Assembly: GCA_951406725.2 (NCBI GenBank)
Contig: OX597821.1
Span: 55,118,001-55,182,000 of the forward strand
Direction of reading: 5' to 3'
Length of the DNA: 64,000 nucleotides
DNA from: Octopus vulgaris
Taxonomy: Eukaryota
Shown: piece by piece, positions 24,601-39,735 of the stretch
How positions within the stretch are numbered: the stretch's first letter is position 1
How the letters are laid out: the number at the start of each line of letters is the position of its first letter
Program-made: the position numbers and the translations under genes
The notes under the pieces: model-generated
Seen by the model: the letters and a program-made list of their open reading frames with translations, nothing else
Database searches by the model: none
What the model was told of the DNA's origin: nothing

Positions 24601-27269
24601 TGTTGGAAACCGGCTCCCTTCTCAGTAGAAGGTTTATAATAATTAAGAAACAGAAGAGACATACATGCAGGCAGGCTTCTCAAAACCAGAAAGGAGAAAG
24701 CTCATTCGAAGACTACAGATCCAATCCATCACTGGAACCGTAAAAATCTGTAAAACATTTCCAGAAGATTATCATTTAAATATATGTTAGTATGTCAAGA
24801 TATGAAACTATATGCATGAGAATCCATACATAAAGCAAACATACAAATTTCATACATAATATATAAATACATACATACATACATACATACATACATACAT
24901 ACAAAACTACCCTGTTGATGTTGAGAAGCCTTGGATCTAGGTTAGAAACCGGCTTTTTCTCTATTGGCAAGAAATCTTGAAATAAAACTGAACAATGACA
25001 TATATACATATATACATAGACGTACATGCTTGCACTCGCACAAGCACACGTTTGTGCACAAGCACACGAGCACACCAACACACACTAAGGTAGACATACA
25101 ACATGAAAATCACATATACACAAACGTACACACGCACACACACACACACACAATTACAAATAGGCTGTGACAGGTTTTTAGTCCACAAGTTCATTATTGA
25201 AGGACACTAAAGACGATTAGTAAAACTCAGGGAATGAAAAAATTGTATTTTAATTACAAATTAATATGAATAGATCTAATAAGACGAAAACTATTGCAAC
25301 GATATTCAATTGTAGTGACTGAACTAATAATTACTTATAAAATTAATGAAAATCTTCCTCCCATTTACCTGCTCTCCTACTCTCGTTTCGTATCGTTCTC
25401 CTAATCTATTTCTCTTTCCATAATCTTATTCCGAGGGTAAAAGTATATGTGTTGGATATGTTTTTTATCCTCTCAGTAAGACACAACTTTTTTTCCAAAA
25501 AGTGGTCTACAAACTTCACGAGAAAAACTGCTTGAACCAATTATAAATTTAGTTTTAACAGCCTTTAGATTTCAGATTACGCTGCCAAAATTAATACTTA
25601 TTTATTCATATTGTTTTTGAGATTTCGATGATGTAATTGTTTATTTTAAGAATGGCATTGTAGGGTGAGTGTGAGCGAACAGTTGTGACTGGTTTGAACA
25701 AAAAACAGGTAGAATATTTGGATCGAATATGACCGGTTTAAATGGTAAAGGGCTATTTATATCACATAGCAAAATATTAGACAAATATATTAAATTAAGA
25801 AATTCATCATGTATGATAAAATACAAGCACAATCACGTGTAAAATACGTTTGCTTTTAAATGATATACAATTTAGATTGTATCATGTACAAGTCAGTGAC
25901 TTGCTTGGTCGAATGAATCCACTGTGAAACTTGAAGACTTTAGTAAGGACTACTGATGATCCATCTACATCACACTGTGCTATAGCATAGTGACTGCTCT
26001 TTAAAAAATCTGCAGTATATGAAGTAGACGGAGTTTAGGGAGATAAATCAATTATACAACCTGGAGTTTGTAGACTTCAACTGGAATAAGCCCAAACTAA
26101 TATAGTGTAGATGAGATCTCGCTATTATGGATACGACAGTATTACATGAAAATAATAATGAGAGCTATTCACTGTAGCAGTGAAAGGGTATAGTATTGCA
26201 CCCATGAGATCATTAAAAAAAAATTTGGAAAAATTAAATAATAGAAATATTGAGCAAATACATTTTCAGTGTGGTACTAAGTTGATCATGGGGAATATAT
26301 TTCGCTAACTTGTGCGAAATTAGTTCTTAACATTAATCATTAAAGAAACAACTCACACTGCGCAACGTTTAGAAATACGTCTCAAGCAGAAGGAAAATCT
26401 GATATGTACTAACTGTTCTGGATGCTTACTAGTTACTTATTTTATTAGATAAGCAAATAGTTTCATACAACATAAGAAGGTCATTCTGCTGTTTCTATTT
26501 AATAAAATCTATTCTGAGAATATTCTTATGCCATCATTCTAATTCTATGTCGTTCTATATTTTCTGATCATGTTTCAAAAACCTGTTGCAAATTCCATGT
26601 CCAAAAAATTAATTAGTTTCCATAATTCTTTATAAGATGACCATATACTTTTCAGAATGCTTTAGATCCGTCATATTTTTATATCTTCGAGCATGTAAAG
26701 TTGTTGGTCATATTTTCCCTATGTTTATGTGTGTCTACACACATACAGTAGTAAACATAAAAAAGCCGTAAAATCTTACAGATGTATAATCTTATAAAAT
26801 ATAAATATGTTGATAATTACACAATACATTTTTATTAATGAATAAAGTGATATTTTGAACGACTTGAAGCATTTTGTTTTAATTCTTCATTTGAATAAAT
26901 GTTGTAGCCTTGATAAACACAAAGAGCACAAACGTTATTCTCGTAAACGCTTATAAAATGCTGTCCAAACAATATCTGTTTAGACTTTTGCAGATGCTTT
27001 TGAACTTTACACAAGCCATAAAAAGTAAATATTCAAATATTGATTTCATAAGATCATATAACGAACATTAAGAAGCCAAATTTATTCATGATAATCACAT
27101 ACAGAATTATTTCCATACGGGATCTAGCATCAATTTTAAAAAGAATTCTAAAATACTTCAGCATTGAAATGTGAGTTTTGAGTTCAAATCCAAGGATATA
27201 CGCAAAAATATATAAAATATCATTCATATATATATGATGTTTATCTTTTACTGCAGCCTTGAGGGGGTT

Positions 27270-27622
27270 AACTCGAACGAAGCGACCAATGTACTTTCTT
27301 TTAAAAGCCTGGTACATATTCTACCAGTTTCTTTTGCTGAACCGTTACGCTACGGGGACATAACAAGCCAAAACCAATTGTCAAACGATGGTGGAGACAA
27401 GCACATACACAAAGACAAGGATACAGCGGGCGGGTGCATATAAGAGAGGGAGAGAGATAGCGACTACGGGCTTCTTTCAGTTTCCGTCTACCAAATTCAC
27501 TCACAAGGCTTTGGTCAGCCCGGATCTATTGTAGAATACACTTGCTGAAGGTTCCATCAGTGCAACTGAACCAAGTTCCAAGTGGTTGTGAAGCAAATTA
27601 CTTACCATACGGCAACACCTGC
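27270..27622 (-). mobile_element. SINE family C, decayed
   Basis: cgggcttctttcagtttccgtctaccaaattcactcacaaggctttggtc shared with the other family C copies. Confidence 0.75.
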
Positions 27623-28279
27623 TCTTTGCCACACATGTGTGGGTGTATATGTAGAAATAGAACACAAATGAAACAAAAACTCAAATCAAATAGGCAATAC
27701 ATCGAATACTCTTGCAATAACTTATTTCAGAACGTTCATATATACATAAGTATGCACAAGATATGGTTCAAGCAAACACGCTTATTGCATAATACAACCG
27801 TTTTATCTCATCTAACAACGCGAGACATCTTTTCCAACGCGTGAAATTATTTCTGAAGCATGACTGACCCTTCACCCTTCCAGAGACTCAATGCACTATT
27901 GAAAGTATGACTCCAAGTCACCCAGAAATGTACATTAAAAACATCCCTTACAGTGGCAACGCTGGTCCAGCCTTTCCCTGAAACTCAGATGTTACCCAGA
28001 TATCCACTGGGGACAATAGTAAAATCAACAAACGCAAACCATGTAACCATATCCAACAGTGCAACCATAACTCCAGACACAAACCCCTACCAAAACAAGA
28101 AAATTCTGTTTTAGCCATGATGAATCTGGCAAAAAATATTACAAGAAAAGTTTTTTAGCTTTCACACAGTATTAACCCCTACAGTTACCCCACCGCTGCT
28201 GTCATTAACGCATACACACAGCTCAATAATAATGCTGAATGTACAAGGTCTTTCACAATACACAAATCAAACAAAAGTA

Positions 28280-29945
28280 TCATATCTCAGAGACCTTGCA
28301 CGCAGAAAATAGACAATATGTATAGCACTAAGTGAAACACACCTGACCTCAGACATATTGGATGCGAAAGTGCACATGTCAGGTTATGTACTACATAGAA
28401 CTGACCGCATACCGAAAGAAGGAGTAGCGCTCTTCATCCGTGGAGATCTGACAATAAATGTCCTCCTCTCCTATTCTAACAGTTTACGATACACTAATAA
28501 TTCAAGTTATTGACCTCGATTTGATCAAAGTCATTACTCATCGTCCTCCTGATGCGGCTAACCACGGAGATCACTTCAGAAATGCTTTATCGATTATAAG
28601 TCAGACCCTAAGTGAGGCCAGCCCACAGGCCAACGTACTTTTAATTAAAAAGGGACTTTAATTTTCCTAATCTCAGCTAGCCCGATAGCTACATCTAGCC
28701 GGAAACTATACAAGAGAGATATGAACACCCTCCTCGATACCACTAATGACTTTCTCATGCAACAAAGCATTACTTCTCTAACTTAGGTAAATGATATACT
28801 CGACCTAGTCTTTACTCCCTATACAAACTTCATTCATAATATTCATGTAATTTCAACAACTATTTCTGACAACATTACACAATTATCTATGTATGGTTCA
28901 AAGTGAGCAACACATAGACACAAATAATATCAAGCATAATTCAATCTTCATGAACTTGAATTTCAGGAATCCAGTTGGACGGAAATCGAAACAAATTGGT
29001 CTCAGCATATTGGCAACCTCAATGTTAATGAGGAATGAACCTTCTGTACGAAGCGTTAATCAAGGTCTGTCGAAAGCATGTCAATTCCCGTAAGAACATG
29101 ATTTAACGAGATAGACAGACACTTATACGTAACAGAATCAAACATACAAAACAACTAAAAAAAACAAACAAACTCTCTAAACAGATGAGATTGCGAAGAA
29201 AGAAAAAAAACATTTCGCTGGACCTAAAAATGCTTTATGAAAAAGAAACTTCGCTAAAGGAACATCGAACAGTGGAGAATATAAAGTCTAATCCCAAGTC
29301 CTTTTTCCCCTTTGCTAGGCAAAAATCTTCTACACACTAGTTTGGCTGTCTAATGGAGCAAAAATGGATCATATACTACTTATCCATAACAAAAACGCGG
29401 ACACTTGAGTCGATATAACAGTGTACATATTTTCCCAACCTATAATTAATAAAATAGTACATAATCCAAACGAATTCTTTTGCCTCAGAAATCAACTGCA
29501 GAGAGATGTCAAGAAATGGCTGATATTATGGAAGATGATATACTTCGGTTAAAGTCCTTAATTACTGGGAACATCTAAAAGATTTGCGTCTCTTTTCTCT
29601 TGAACGCCAAAGTGAGAGAGATATGCTATCATATATGCATGGCAAATCCTGGAGAAGCATGTTCCAAACTTCGGCATTAGAGGAACTATTAATGTACGAA
29701 CTGGTAGATGCTGTCAGCTTCCAAATATACCACCTTCGGAATCACGGGCAAAAGCACTATTGTACCAGTGCTGTATTCGGTGGTCCTCAATTGTACAACT
29801 GCCTACCAAAAGAAGTCAGAAGTATGAAAGGGACTTCTACTGAGGTATTAAAGAACTTTGGATAAACTCCTAACGACGATACCGGAGCTGTCAACCATTC
29901 AAGAATACATTCAGGGAAGATCAACCTCTATCATAAATCAACTTA
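28280..29945 (+). mobile_element. CR1-like LINE remnant, internally deleted (AP endonuclease plus 3' end)
   Basis: ALSETHLTSDILDA..GYVLHRTDR..GVALFIR, HRPPD, LDLV; 3' end YWEHLKDLRLFSLERQSER..GPQLYNCLPKEVR. Confidence 0.75.
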
Positions 29946-30205
29946 CAGTCATAAAGTGACAACAAAACAAAGATTACGATTTATTAATACATTGCATCAC
30001 TATTATTTCAGCATTACTCTTAAGTGTAGACTCATCAGGTATGAACGCAATGAATTTACACATTTTTATATACACTCTACGGATATTCAAGGATATCCAG
30101 ATGTATCTTCAGTAATACAATCGGTTTCCGCCGTAAACTCGTGTCTAGTAGCTGATACCTGTAGATGGGCTTTCGTAAACTAACAAGGTTCATACCTAAA
30201 CTGAA

Positions 30206-30257
<52 letters not shown>

Positions 30258-30355
30258 CACACAGACACACACACGCACATATATATATATATATATATCA
30301 ATAATAAAGTGATTGTTTCTGATAAGAAACAATCACTTTTGTTTGTTCTGCAACC

Positions 30356-30438
<83 letters not shown>

Positions 30439-30619
30439 GTATATATATATATATGTATGTATGTATGTATATATGTACATTTTCTATTCTACCATTTCTA
30501 GTATTTCATCAATCGTTTTTCATGAGCGGTGGTAGATGTGTTTGGCATATTTGTTCCAATGCATTTCAGCTGCATTATCTGCGATACTTCACTGCCGTCT
30601 CGGTGTAAATAGATTAGTA

Positions 30620-32680
30620 AACAGAAAGTTGCCATATCATCTCCGTCTACTGAAACCCCAGCCTCAGCATCACAAACTGCAATATTTTTTTCCACTCCTC
30701 TACTTTGGGATAGAGACGCTGTGATTTGGTTCGCGCAATTGGAACTTCAATTTTCAGCCAACTAAATCCAGTCAGAATCTCATTAACTCGATATATTAAT
30801 AAGTGTTCTTCAACGACCCGAAGCGGTGAGCTAAAGGACGTAATTACAGCTCCTACAGGTGCAATTTCATATCAGGAAATTAAATTAGAGATATTAAAAC
30901 GCACGTCCAGTTCTCTTAGCATTTCGATGAACTTCTTCCCAGTGAAACCTTGGGGGATAAAAGGCCATCAAAACTACCACGAAGAGTGAAGTACCTTCTT
31001 GAAATCGTATTTCCCAGCTGAATCTTTCATGAAAATATTTGTTCCTTTCACGTTTACCGCCAAAATTATAGACAATTATAGCATCTGTTAGAGACTGTAG
31101 TTTTCTTGATAAACTAGCATAGTTAGCGATATATCACTTCTAGCTCCGTCTACTCCTTTCCGCTTGCTTTATTTCTTTAGAAATGGCAGCGTTCCTTAAG
31201 TTTACTGAAGGTTACCGAAGACAGATGTAAAAAAAATCGAACATCTGGAAGCACTTTTTCTGCGCCTTCGATTTTACGTTTCAGAAAATTGATGGGGAAA
31301 CGCTCCTCTAGTTTTTGTAGGAGAAATTTTACAGTGTTGGTATCGCAGGCTCATTGCTATGTGCCCCTTGCTCTTTTAAGTCTGCTTCTAAGCAACTGAA
31401 AAACGTAGACGCCAAAGAATAATGTTAACTGTATCCCTGGTACTTCTAAAATAAGTCGGTTATTTTATCTTTCTGACTTTATTCGAAATCTCGTTCGTGT
31501 TAGACGTCTTACTCTAGCCAGAATGAAAATTGAAGAAGATGCATTTAACTGAAACTCGGTATTACTCAAACTTCTCGTAATTGGGCTCCTCTTTATGTAG
31601 TACCGAAAAATAGTGAAGCTGATTGGCATCTCTATGGGAATAATAAGATTTTAAATGCCAAAATGGTGTCAGATAAATATCCTTTTCCCAACGTTCATGA
31701 TTGTTTATCTCCTCTACATAGTGCTAGAGTTGTTTATAACCCAGTCACATTCATACGATATCTGTTATCACATCTTTTAGACTACATGAACCCGTTAGAA
31801 TGCCTTATGGGATCAGGAATTCTGCAAATTTCTGCTAGATTTATTGATGAATTGAACCACAGTTTTAATTCTGCTTTCTTTTTTTATATCGATGATTTAT
31901 TGGTCACTAGCACTTCGAAATTGGAACATGAACATAAGGTAAATAATCTCTTTACTAAATTAGCACATTACGGAGTTTTCATTAACCCTAGTAAATGTCT
32001 CTTAGTTGTTTCAACTTAAATCTTTTTAGGCCACAACACTGATAGCAATGTTTTTGTACTATGACAGAAAGAGTAGACATAATGGTAAAATTTACAACTC
32101 CTACTTCGATATGAATATTACATGAATCTCTTATTACAATGAATTTCTACAGATGGCATATTTTTCTCTATGCTGAAACGACTCACCCTTTAACTGAATT
32201 GTTTCACAATCAGAAAAGGTAAAACATTCTTTTAACGCTGGAAAAATGACAGTCGCTTAACAGGATGAAAAAGAAATTATTCAAGGCCACTTTATAGACT
32301 CACCCGATATCCGATGGATCCTTTTCTCTGCCAGTGAATGCTCCTGACGTGGGAATTGATATTTTACCACGAGTTATTCAAGATTCTTGGCGATTTTGTT
32401 TCCTTTTCCTTGAAGCGGTTGAAACTGAGTGTAGATATAGTACTTTCGGTTGGAATTGTTAGCAGCATATTCATCAGAAGCTTTGTCATATATGCTGGAC
32501 ATAAACCTTTAACTTTGCTTTTCAGTCTAAACTGGGTAAATATTCTCCAAGGGGTATAAAGTATCTTGATTTTGCATTGCAGATAACGACCGATATTCGT
32601 TATATCAATGGATCTAATAAATACACAGTTGATGCTTCATCCCGAGATCAATTGAATTCTCTGCACTCCAGTGATTCTAT
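30620..32680 (+). mobile_element. Ty3/Gypsy LTR retrotransposon internal remnant (gag, RT, RNase H)
   Basis: IWFAQLELQF (gag), DKYPFPNVHD, FYIDDLLVTS..INPSKC (RT), YAGHKPL (RNase H TDHKPL); many stops; no LTRs recognised. Confidence 0.8.
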
Positions 32681-32759
32681 TGAAACGTAGAACCAGATTA
32701 AGAACTTCCAGTATAATACGTAGTTCTAGGTTTGCGTTTGGGCTTCTGTCGTGTGTGAA

Positions 32760-33150
32760 CAGATAACTGAAAAAATTTGGAGTCAACAAGGAGTACGGTT
32801 GGACATTTATTTTTAGTTACTACAATTGTTTCTAGGCAGCATAGTTCTTTAGGCGTGCAGGTACTTGATTATGCAATGGTTTCCCTGCATTATAAGATCT
32901 AGTTGGGTTTCCTGCAGAGATATGTATATATTGTTTCCGTAAGTTCAAATTCTCGGCTTCAAGAGCATCCTCTCTGTCTGTCGTCGCCTGAAGTTAGTAA
33001 TAGCCACTGAGTTTATCAAAGGTGTGTAGATGTACTGGGACGGTGATTCTGTTACTGTTAAAGTGGTTGCATTTTTAAAGGGAATGCTATTTGATTTTAT
33101 TTATACTGCTGATTTGTTCTTCATGGCTGGTTACACATGCGATTGTCCTT
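32760..33150 (-). mobile_element. Decayed Penelope-like 3' end
   Basis: VTSHEEQI resembles RVTVHKEQI of the PLE at 61735; a GAAA-caattg-UA helix III remnant follows downstream. Confidence 0.45.
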
Positions 33151-33701
33151 AGCTGACCTTTAAAAATTGGCATTTACGTACATATACATGGTCGTTCACA
33201 TATACATCTATGTACATACTAACGCTCGGACACATACACACATACACACACACGGACACACACGCACATGCATATATACACACACATATATACGGATATG
33301 TACGCGCACGCACATAAATACACATACAAATATATGTAGATATATATACACTCGCACGCATATGCGTACACAGAGGTGCGTGTGTATATATAAATAGGGT
33401 ACGGTGAATAAACTGTCGTCTAAATTACGCAAAGAGACTGATAGAATAAGTTTCAGTCTGAGAAAAATATAATTACTTGGGTCGATTTATTCGGCTAAGA
33501 TAAAAGACATGTTAATATAAATACTACCACCGCAGCCTACCTATTTTTGTGTACTACCAGCAACGAAATAATGACTCAGAACAATACACATCGCTGGATT
33601 TAATCTAATAGGAAGAAAAGTTGAATGTATAAATCAAAAAATGGATTTAAACAATTCTTGTAACACCATTCACATTCTAACAAAGAACCATTACTATTCA
33701 A

Positions 33702-33752
<51 letters not shown>

Positions 33753-34013
33753 CGATAGATTTCTTTCCCTTTGCTGTGGAGTGGAACTACACTGAAAATA
33801 CCATTTTATGACGTATGTAGATCCTTGTAATATATTGATGTAAACTTGCCTTAAATGAGAAACAATAATTTAATATTATCTTGCGACAAACCGTGGCAGA
33901 TGACAGAAACGGTAAGGCCTTCCGATGTTTAATAAACACTGTTTATATTTTAAGTTCAAATCTCACCAGAGTGAACTTTGCCATTCCTCCTCCAGGTTCC
34001 CATGGAAAAAAGT

Positions 34014-34107
34014 TTGAGTTCCTGGGACCATTCTTCATATTCGAGGGCTTGTTGCTATGTTTGAGTTCCTGGGACCATTCTTCATATTCGAGGGCTTGTT
34101 GCTATGT
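34014..34107. repeat. Perfect 47-bp tandem duplication
   Basis: ttgagttcctgggaccattcttcatattcgagggcttgttgctatgt occurs twice. Confidence 0.95.
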
Positions 34108-34129
34108 AAGAAATCAATATTATTATCTT

Positions 34130-34350
34130 CCTTTTATCTTTTACATGCTTCAGTCATTAGACTGCTGCCATGCTGGAGCACCACCTCGATTAACTGTAGT
34201 CGAAAGATTCGACTCTAGTATGTATTGTTTTAAAGATTAGTACTTATTTTGTAACGCTAAGTTATGGGGACGTGAACACACCAACACCGGTCGTCAAACG
34301 TTGGCAGGGGACAAACACAGACACACAAATATATATACGACGGGCTTCTT
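34130..34350 (-). mobile_element. SINE family C, 5'-truncated
   Basis: cagtcattagactg..catgctggagcacc..gctaagttatggggacgt..acgacgggcttctt. Confidence 0.75.
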
Positions 34351-34592
34351 ACCACACGCAGTTACGCCTGCGCCTTCTTACCACACACCACACGCCTTCT
34401 TACCACACACATACAGTCACGCCCGCGCCTTCTTACCACACACAGTCGCACTTGCGCATTCTTACCACACACAGACACGCCCGCGCCTTCTTACCAAATA
34501 CAGTCACGCCTGCATCATCCTACCACATACAGTCAAACTCGCGCCTTCTTACCACACACAGTAACATCTCCGCCTTCTTATCACACACAGAG
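34344..34592. repeat. Minisatellite, unit about 29 bp (gccttcttaccacacacagtcacgcccgc), about 9 imperfect copies
   Basis: Directly visible repeats anchored on cttaccacac. Confidence 0.9.
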
Positions 34593-34895
34593 GGTAAATG
34601 TCCTAGATTCGTTTTCAGTCGTGTTTGTTTGCCCGTAGACAAGATATCTCAAGATCCGTTGAACGGATTAGATTTTGGGATCGATCCGGTACTGGACAAA
34701 GTTTCTCGATTATTTTTTCGCTTTTTTTTTAACGTAATTTTTGAGAGCGATCGGGTTCATTTTTAGTATTCTCGTTTGTGAGAGCAGTGGAGCTTATTTC
34801 AGACATTCTCATTTTAAAAATCATCCCCCGTTTAATCGTTGAGAGCACTTTGGTGTTGCCTTGGAGGTGGTATGCGCTCTTTGAGCGCTCTTGTT
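34563..34895 (+). mobile_element. Helentron-associated (HINE/DINE-1-like) non-autonomous element
   Basis: 5' atctccgcc..gttttcagtcgtgtttgtttg..gatatctc; 3' ccttggaggtggtatgcgctctttgagcgc (subterminal inverted motif plus hairpin), followed by T-rich sequence. Confidence 0.6.
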
Positions 34896-37800
34896 TAAAA
34901 TATAACGACGTGATCTTTTTAAAGTAGTTGGATACAATTTGAAAGAAATGCTGCCGTTATTTGCGGCAGGTCGAGTCACCTCGTAGTGGCTTCTGTGTTG
35001 TATTGTTGCAAGTAAATGCCTTTCTCTATTGTTTATGGTGTACATTATATCAATCGTCAAACGTAACTAATCTAATTGTCTTGGATGCTTTAACACTCTT
35101 TCTATTGAATTTGACGTTGATGTACTTTAGTAAATTTTGTTTCCCATTTCTCTTCAATAATTCATGTGTATTGTGTCAGCTTAATGGTCTTCTCTCTTAT
35201 TTTCTTGGTCTTCCTGAAGTAAATACTATTAAAAAAAACTTTCATGATTCTTATTTATCTCGATTATTCCTAAATATAAAGATACGGAAATCTAACCTTA
35301 TATTTGTAAGTCTTCTATGATTCTACTTAATCACAGTCTTCGCTGAACGCTGCCCATCTTTCATTTTGCTTTCTAACTTGTCTTTCCTTAAATTATTTCT
35401 TGTATTTCTGCATCTAGACAGTGTATTAATGTCCTAAATTTCCGCCTAGCATTTCTCTTATTTAAAGTTATATAATCCTCATTGACATAAATTAATACTT
35501 ATGTAGCACAACGTACTACTGTCTGGTTATATGATACTACATACTTGACTAGCTATATAGTATCTAATACGTAACTAGACTAGTTATATAACTACAAACG
35601 TCTGGTAATGCAGTACAGACAGTATTTTTGTGTAGTTCTTATGAAATATTATTGTGTTACAATGTAGAGCTGTAAAGTATTCGACAGTATACTACAGTAT
35701 AAATGTGAAAAAATGTACTATTATAACAATTGTACTATTATAGCATATTGCCCATGTACTGAATCACCAAAGTTTTTTTAAATCTTCTTCTTTTGGAAAA
35801 ATATAGATTATTTATATTTTATTCACATAATATTTTGATATATGGTTGCTTAAAATGATTTTCGTCTCACCTTATGATTTCAATATATTCCATCATAAAA
35901 ATAAAAGGAAACGGCCGAGTTTACGTTACGACGGACCAATTGAAGTTAAGGAAACGTCCTTATTAGAGTTTGCAGACATTTAATTGCGAAATATTGTGAA
36001 CAGATTAAAACACACGGTTTTCAGTAAAGCCGCATTTTCAACAATCTGGTTTTTATAATGTGTGCATTGATTCGTGTAAATGTTATACCTTTATGAGAAT
36101 ATTTTCACAGAATTATGACTCTGTATATGAATATTAGGATTAACTGTTTATGAGATTTTAACTATCTTACTTTACTGATATTAGCATAGAATTACATGAA
36201 ATTCATTAGTAATCTGGACGTATAACGTATTTTTGTATCATTTTATGGTGTCTGATCCATGTGTAACCTGCTTTGATATATTTTTATTTAATAAAATGAG
36301 AATTTATCGCCATCAGAGAGACAGAAAGGGTAAGACTAGACAGATATTAATATAATTTAGAAGACTGCATTAGCAACGCTTTGCATAAAGCTTATGCTTC
36401 ATGTCATAGATTGAAATTAAATATTCTAAATCTGTCTATCAGTTCTCGTTTTGTGAAAAATCTATTCAAGGTTTGTGTTCAGTCATTTGGATACATAGCT
36501 AATGGCCTAAATGGACATATGTACAAAAGAGAATTTTTTATACATAATCAGAAAGTTTCTAATTAGTTCTCTATTGAGATTATTTCCCATCTGTATCATT
36601 AAAGAGATATTTATGGTTACACTAGCCCCAAACATTTATAGCATTGCACATTGTCTTAGTTTGTCCTAGAGTATAAAACTAGCATACATGTGACTACGTA
36701 TAGGGAAAAGTGATAAAAACTACTGCACTCGCTAGAATAAAGAGACAATAAATTTAATTGATTTTCTCCGGAAAACAAACCTTTGTCGGGGACTGAAACA
36801 TGCAATATGACATATTAACATTAATGGTGGCTAGAAACTGTAATTTCATACGCAGGAGCTCACAGTATAGTATAATGGGGAAAAATAGATGGAATAGAGA
36901 TTCAAAAAGCTGTTTTTAAATATTGCTTTCTGAATATAGTTTATTGTAAACGCTTTGGATCATAATATAAATTAGGTTTGCTCCTACTTAGTACACTGTT
37001 TTCTACGCAGAAGCCATCCCTGGGTAAATCTAATCCACTTATTCTTTAAGTTGTCACGTTGTGTTCACTAATATTTTTCTGCAGATAGCTGATTCTGATA
37101 ATGAGATGTACTCATGGCGAGACCTTACAATACCGAAACAAGCCTGAAGTTAACTCTTAACTTTATATTCACTTCTCCACAACATAATCGCATTCTATTT
37201 TTAAATAGATTTAATTCCAAAATTATCTCAGTTATCTTTGTAGATCAGAAATTATCATTACGTTATGAATTCTCTTCTCTACGTCGGCAAGTTCAATTCA
37301 TTCAGCTGTTTGTTTTTCATACAAAAGTCGTCCCTAAGTATTTCCCTATCCACTGACGTTGATAATACGCTAATAAATTATTGACGTTACTCTTCTGGTA
37401 GATGTGTAGATGTCTTCCAGCAGGCGTCTAAGTGTCTTACAAGAGATAAATTTTTGATGTCAACGGGCTTCTTAATAATGGGAAGATTTTGCTTCCTGTA
37501 TAAATGTTGTTGCACTCCTTAGAATATACTAAATAAGCTCTCAAGCATTGGCAAGCTTTTCCAATCAAGTAGTTGAACATTCTGTTGCAACTAAGTGTTC
37601 GTTCTTTGAGTAAAGAACTCCGAGAAAATGCATCGAAAAGAGTGAGTAATACGTTCAATTCTCCTTATGGTATGACCCTCCCCTCCACCAATATCTGAGT
37701 GGTCACTCACCCTACTATAAATTGCTGCTACATATACCTCACCATACTTCAACGCCCTTAAAAACGTTAAGATCACATTGGATTACATATTCCGATAAGC

Positions 37801-38415
37801 ACAGTGCCAAAAAAACAAAGATGTGACAGGTTTTCATTACCATCCGGCATGAGTATACACAACCAAAGCTGAAAAAGGGCTAAATTATAGCTAATTTGGT
37901 AAGTGAATTCCGACACTGTATAGAGAACGTTAAGTTTGGGAGCAAACTAAGACCTGAGTTTTATAATGACCACAGTTCATCAGTAAAAAAGCGAAACGAT
38001 AAAAGAACAAAAGAATAAATACTAGAAATGCTGTATCCATATTATTAAAGAAAAAAACGGGGTTTAGTACTGTAAATTTCAGAAAGAAAACCCAGTATTG
38101 CTGACTATAAAAGAATACATGGCCGACACGGTTTCCATTAGTCTCACCATGCATAAGACATTTTGTTACATACATTGGACCTAGCTGTGAAACTTTCCAT
38201 TATATATATTTAATACTGTAACGCTGAAGTAGTTACTATAAGTTCTTCGTCAGTACTAGGAAAAGTTTCTAAAACTATTATATATAATAATTTTCTAGAT
38301 CATTTCAATACAAAAGTGGTTGTTTCTAAAGCTTTTTTTATGAATGTGTTTATGTAAACTAATATTTGATACAAGATATCTACTTAGCGTATATATACAT
38401 CCAGAACCAAGTTAA

Positions 38416-39735
38416 TAGCTTACGAGTGAAATTTAGGATTTCTCGATTTTCTGTGAATCGATTTTAATAAAAATTTTTCCAGCTGGTTTTCACACTATGG
38501 CAACACCATTGTTATGTTTTCATTATTCTGTATAACGTCCTTTATTTATTTCAGATTCTTCAATTTTTGAGTGAACCACTCTAATAGCGTCTCTCATTTC
38601 TAAGTATAATGGATCGTGGAAATGGCCTTAACGATAAAGAAAAGTCTGCCGTCATCAAGGAAAGTGCCAACAGCACCTCTCTTCATGTCATTGCGGAGAA
38701 GTTAGGGGACCTCCTAGACTGTGACAGATAGGGATTTAAAGAATATTGGCCACAAGTTACGTTGGAAGCCTGGATAAACAATCATAGCCATTTTCACCGC
38801 CTCCGAACTTCTTCATGTACCAAAAGCTATCAGAAATTGCATCCTTGGGATCATGACTTCCATGCAACGTTACCTCCTTTAACGCCTCGTCATAGGAGTT
38901 TGAAGCTTCAATGGGGCCAAAAGTTCATAATGTTAGACATGTGTTGTGTTTTGTTCACTGACGAATCCAGGGCGATCCTTGACGGATCTGACGATTGAGC
39001 AAATAGTTGGGTGTGGTTTGGAGATGAGTGTCACCAACGTTTACGACTTCAGCAAAAGGGTGGAGGAGTCATGTTGTGGGCTGGTATCATTGAGGACAGA
39101 CTTGTTGGCCCAGTTAGGGTGCTTGAGAGGGTTAAAGTAACTGCAACCGCCTACTGCAATTTCCTGAAGTAGATCTTGGATCCCTGGCTAGATGACATAC
39201 CGCTGTCACTTCTAAGGAATCTCGTATTCGTATGTATGACAACTCCCCCTCTCTGCTAGGAACATCCAAACATTACTAGGGCCTTAAACATACAAAGTGA
39301 AATGTTGATGGTGTGGCTGCTAGCATCTCCGGATCTCAACCCTATCGAAATTCTTTGGTACATCATTAAGCAAGATATTTATGCCGATGGGAGCCAATTC
39401 ACGTCGGGTGGAATCTTATGGGTGACCATCAAAGCTGTAGCAGAGGCAGTCCAAACTGCTACTATGAAGAAGTTGACAGTCTACTATTAAGAAATTGAAG
39501 AAATCCCTCATTTTCTAAAAGAAACTATTGGCTAGATGGGTTACTTTCATTCAAAAGCTATTAGCATGATTCACCTTAAAAACTGAAGAATCTGAAATTA
39601 AAAGAAGAAAAGGCGTTACACAGAATAATGAGAACACACCAATGGTGTTGCCATAGTGTGCAAACCAGCTAGGAACTTTTATGAAAATCGATTCACAGAA
39701 AACCGAGAAATCCTAAAAGATCACTTTTATGACTA
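38416..39735 (+). mobile_element. Tc1-family (DD34E-type) DNA transposon, decayed transposase, long TIRs
   Basis: Imperfect TIRs of about 170 bp (38418-38588 and 39557-39733) flanked by TA; VLFTDES, KGGGVMLWAGI, YDN and ASPDLNPIEILW motifs. Confidence 0.9.

Noticed and set aside
30000-30045. Minus-strand CTGATGAGTC
   Set aside because: No matching helix II or GAAA found.
34344-34592. Repeat array as a possible CRISPR
   Set aside because: Eukaryotic context, the intervening sequences are related to each other, and there are no cas genes; it is a minisatellite.
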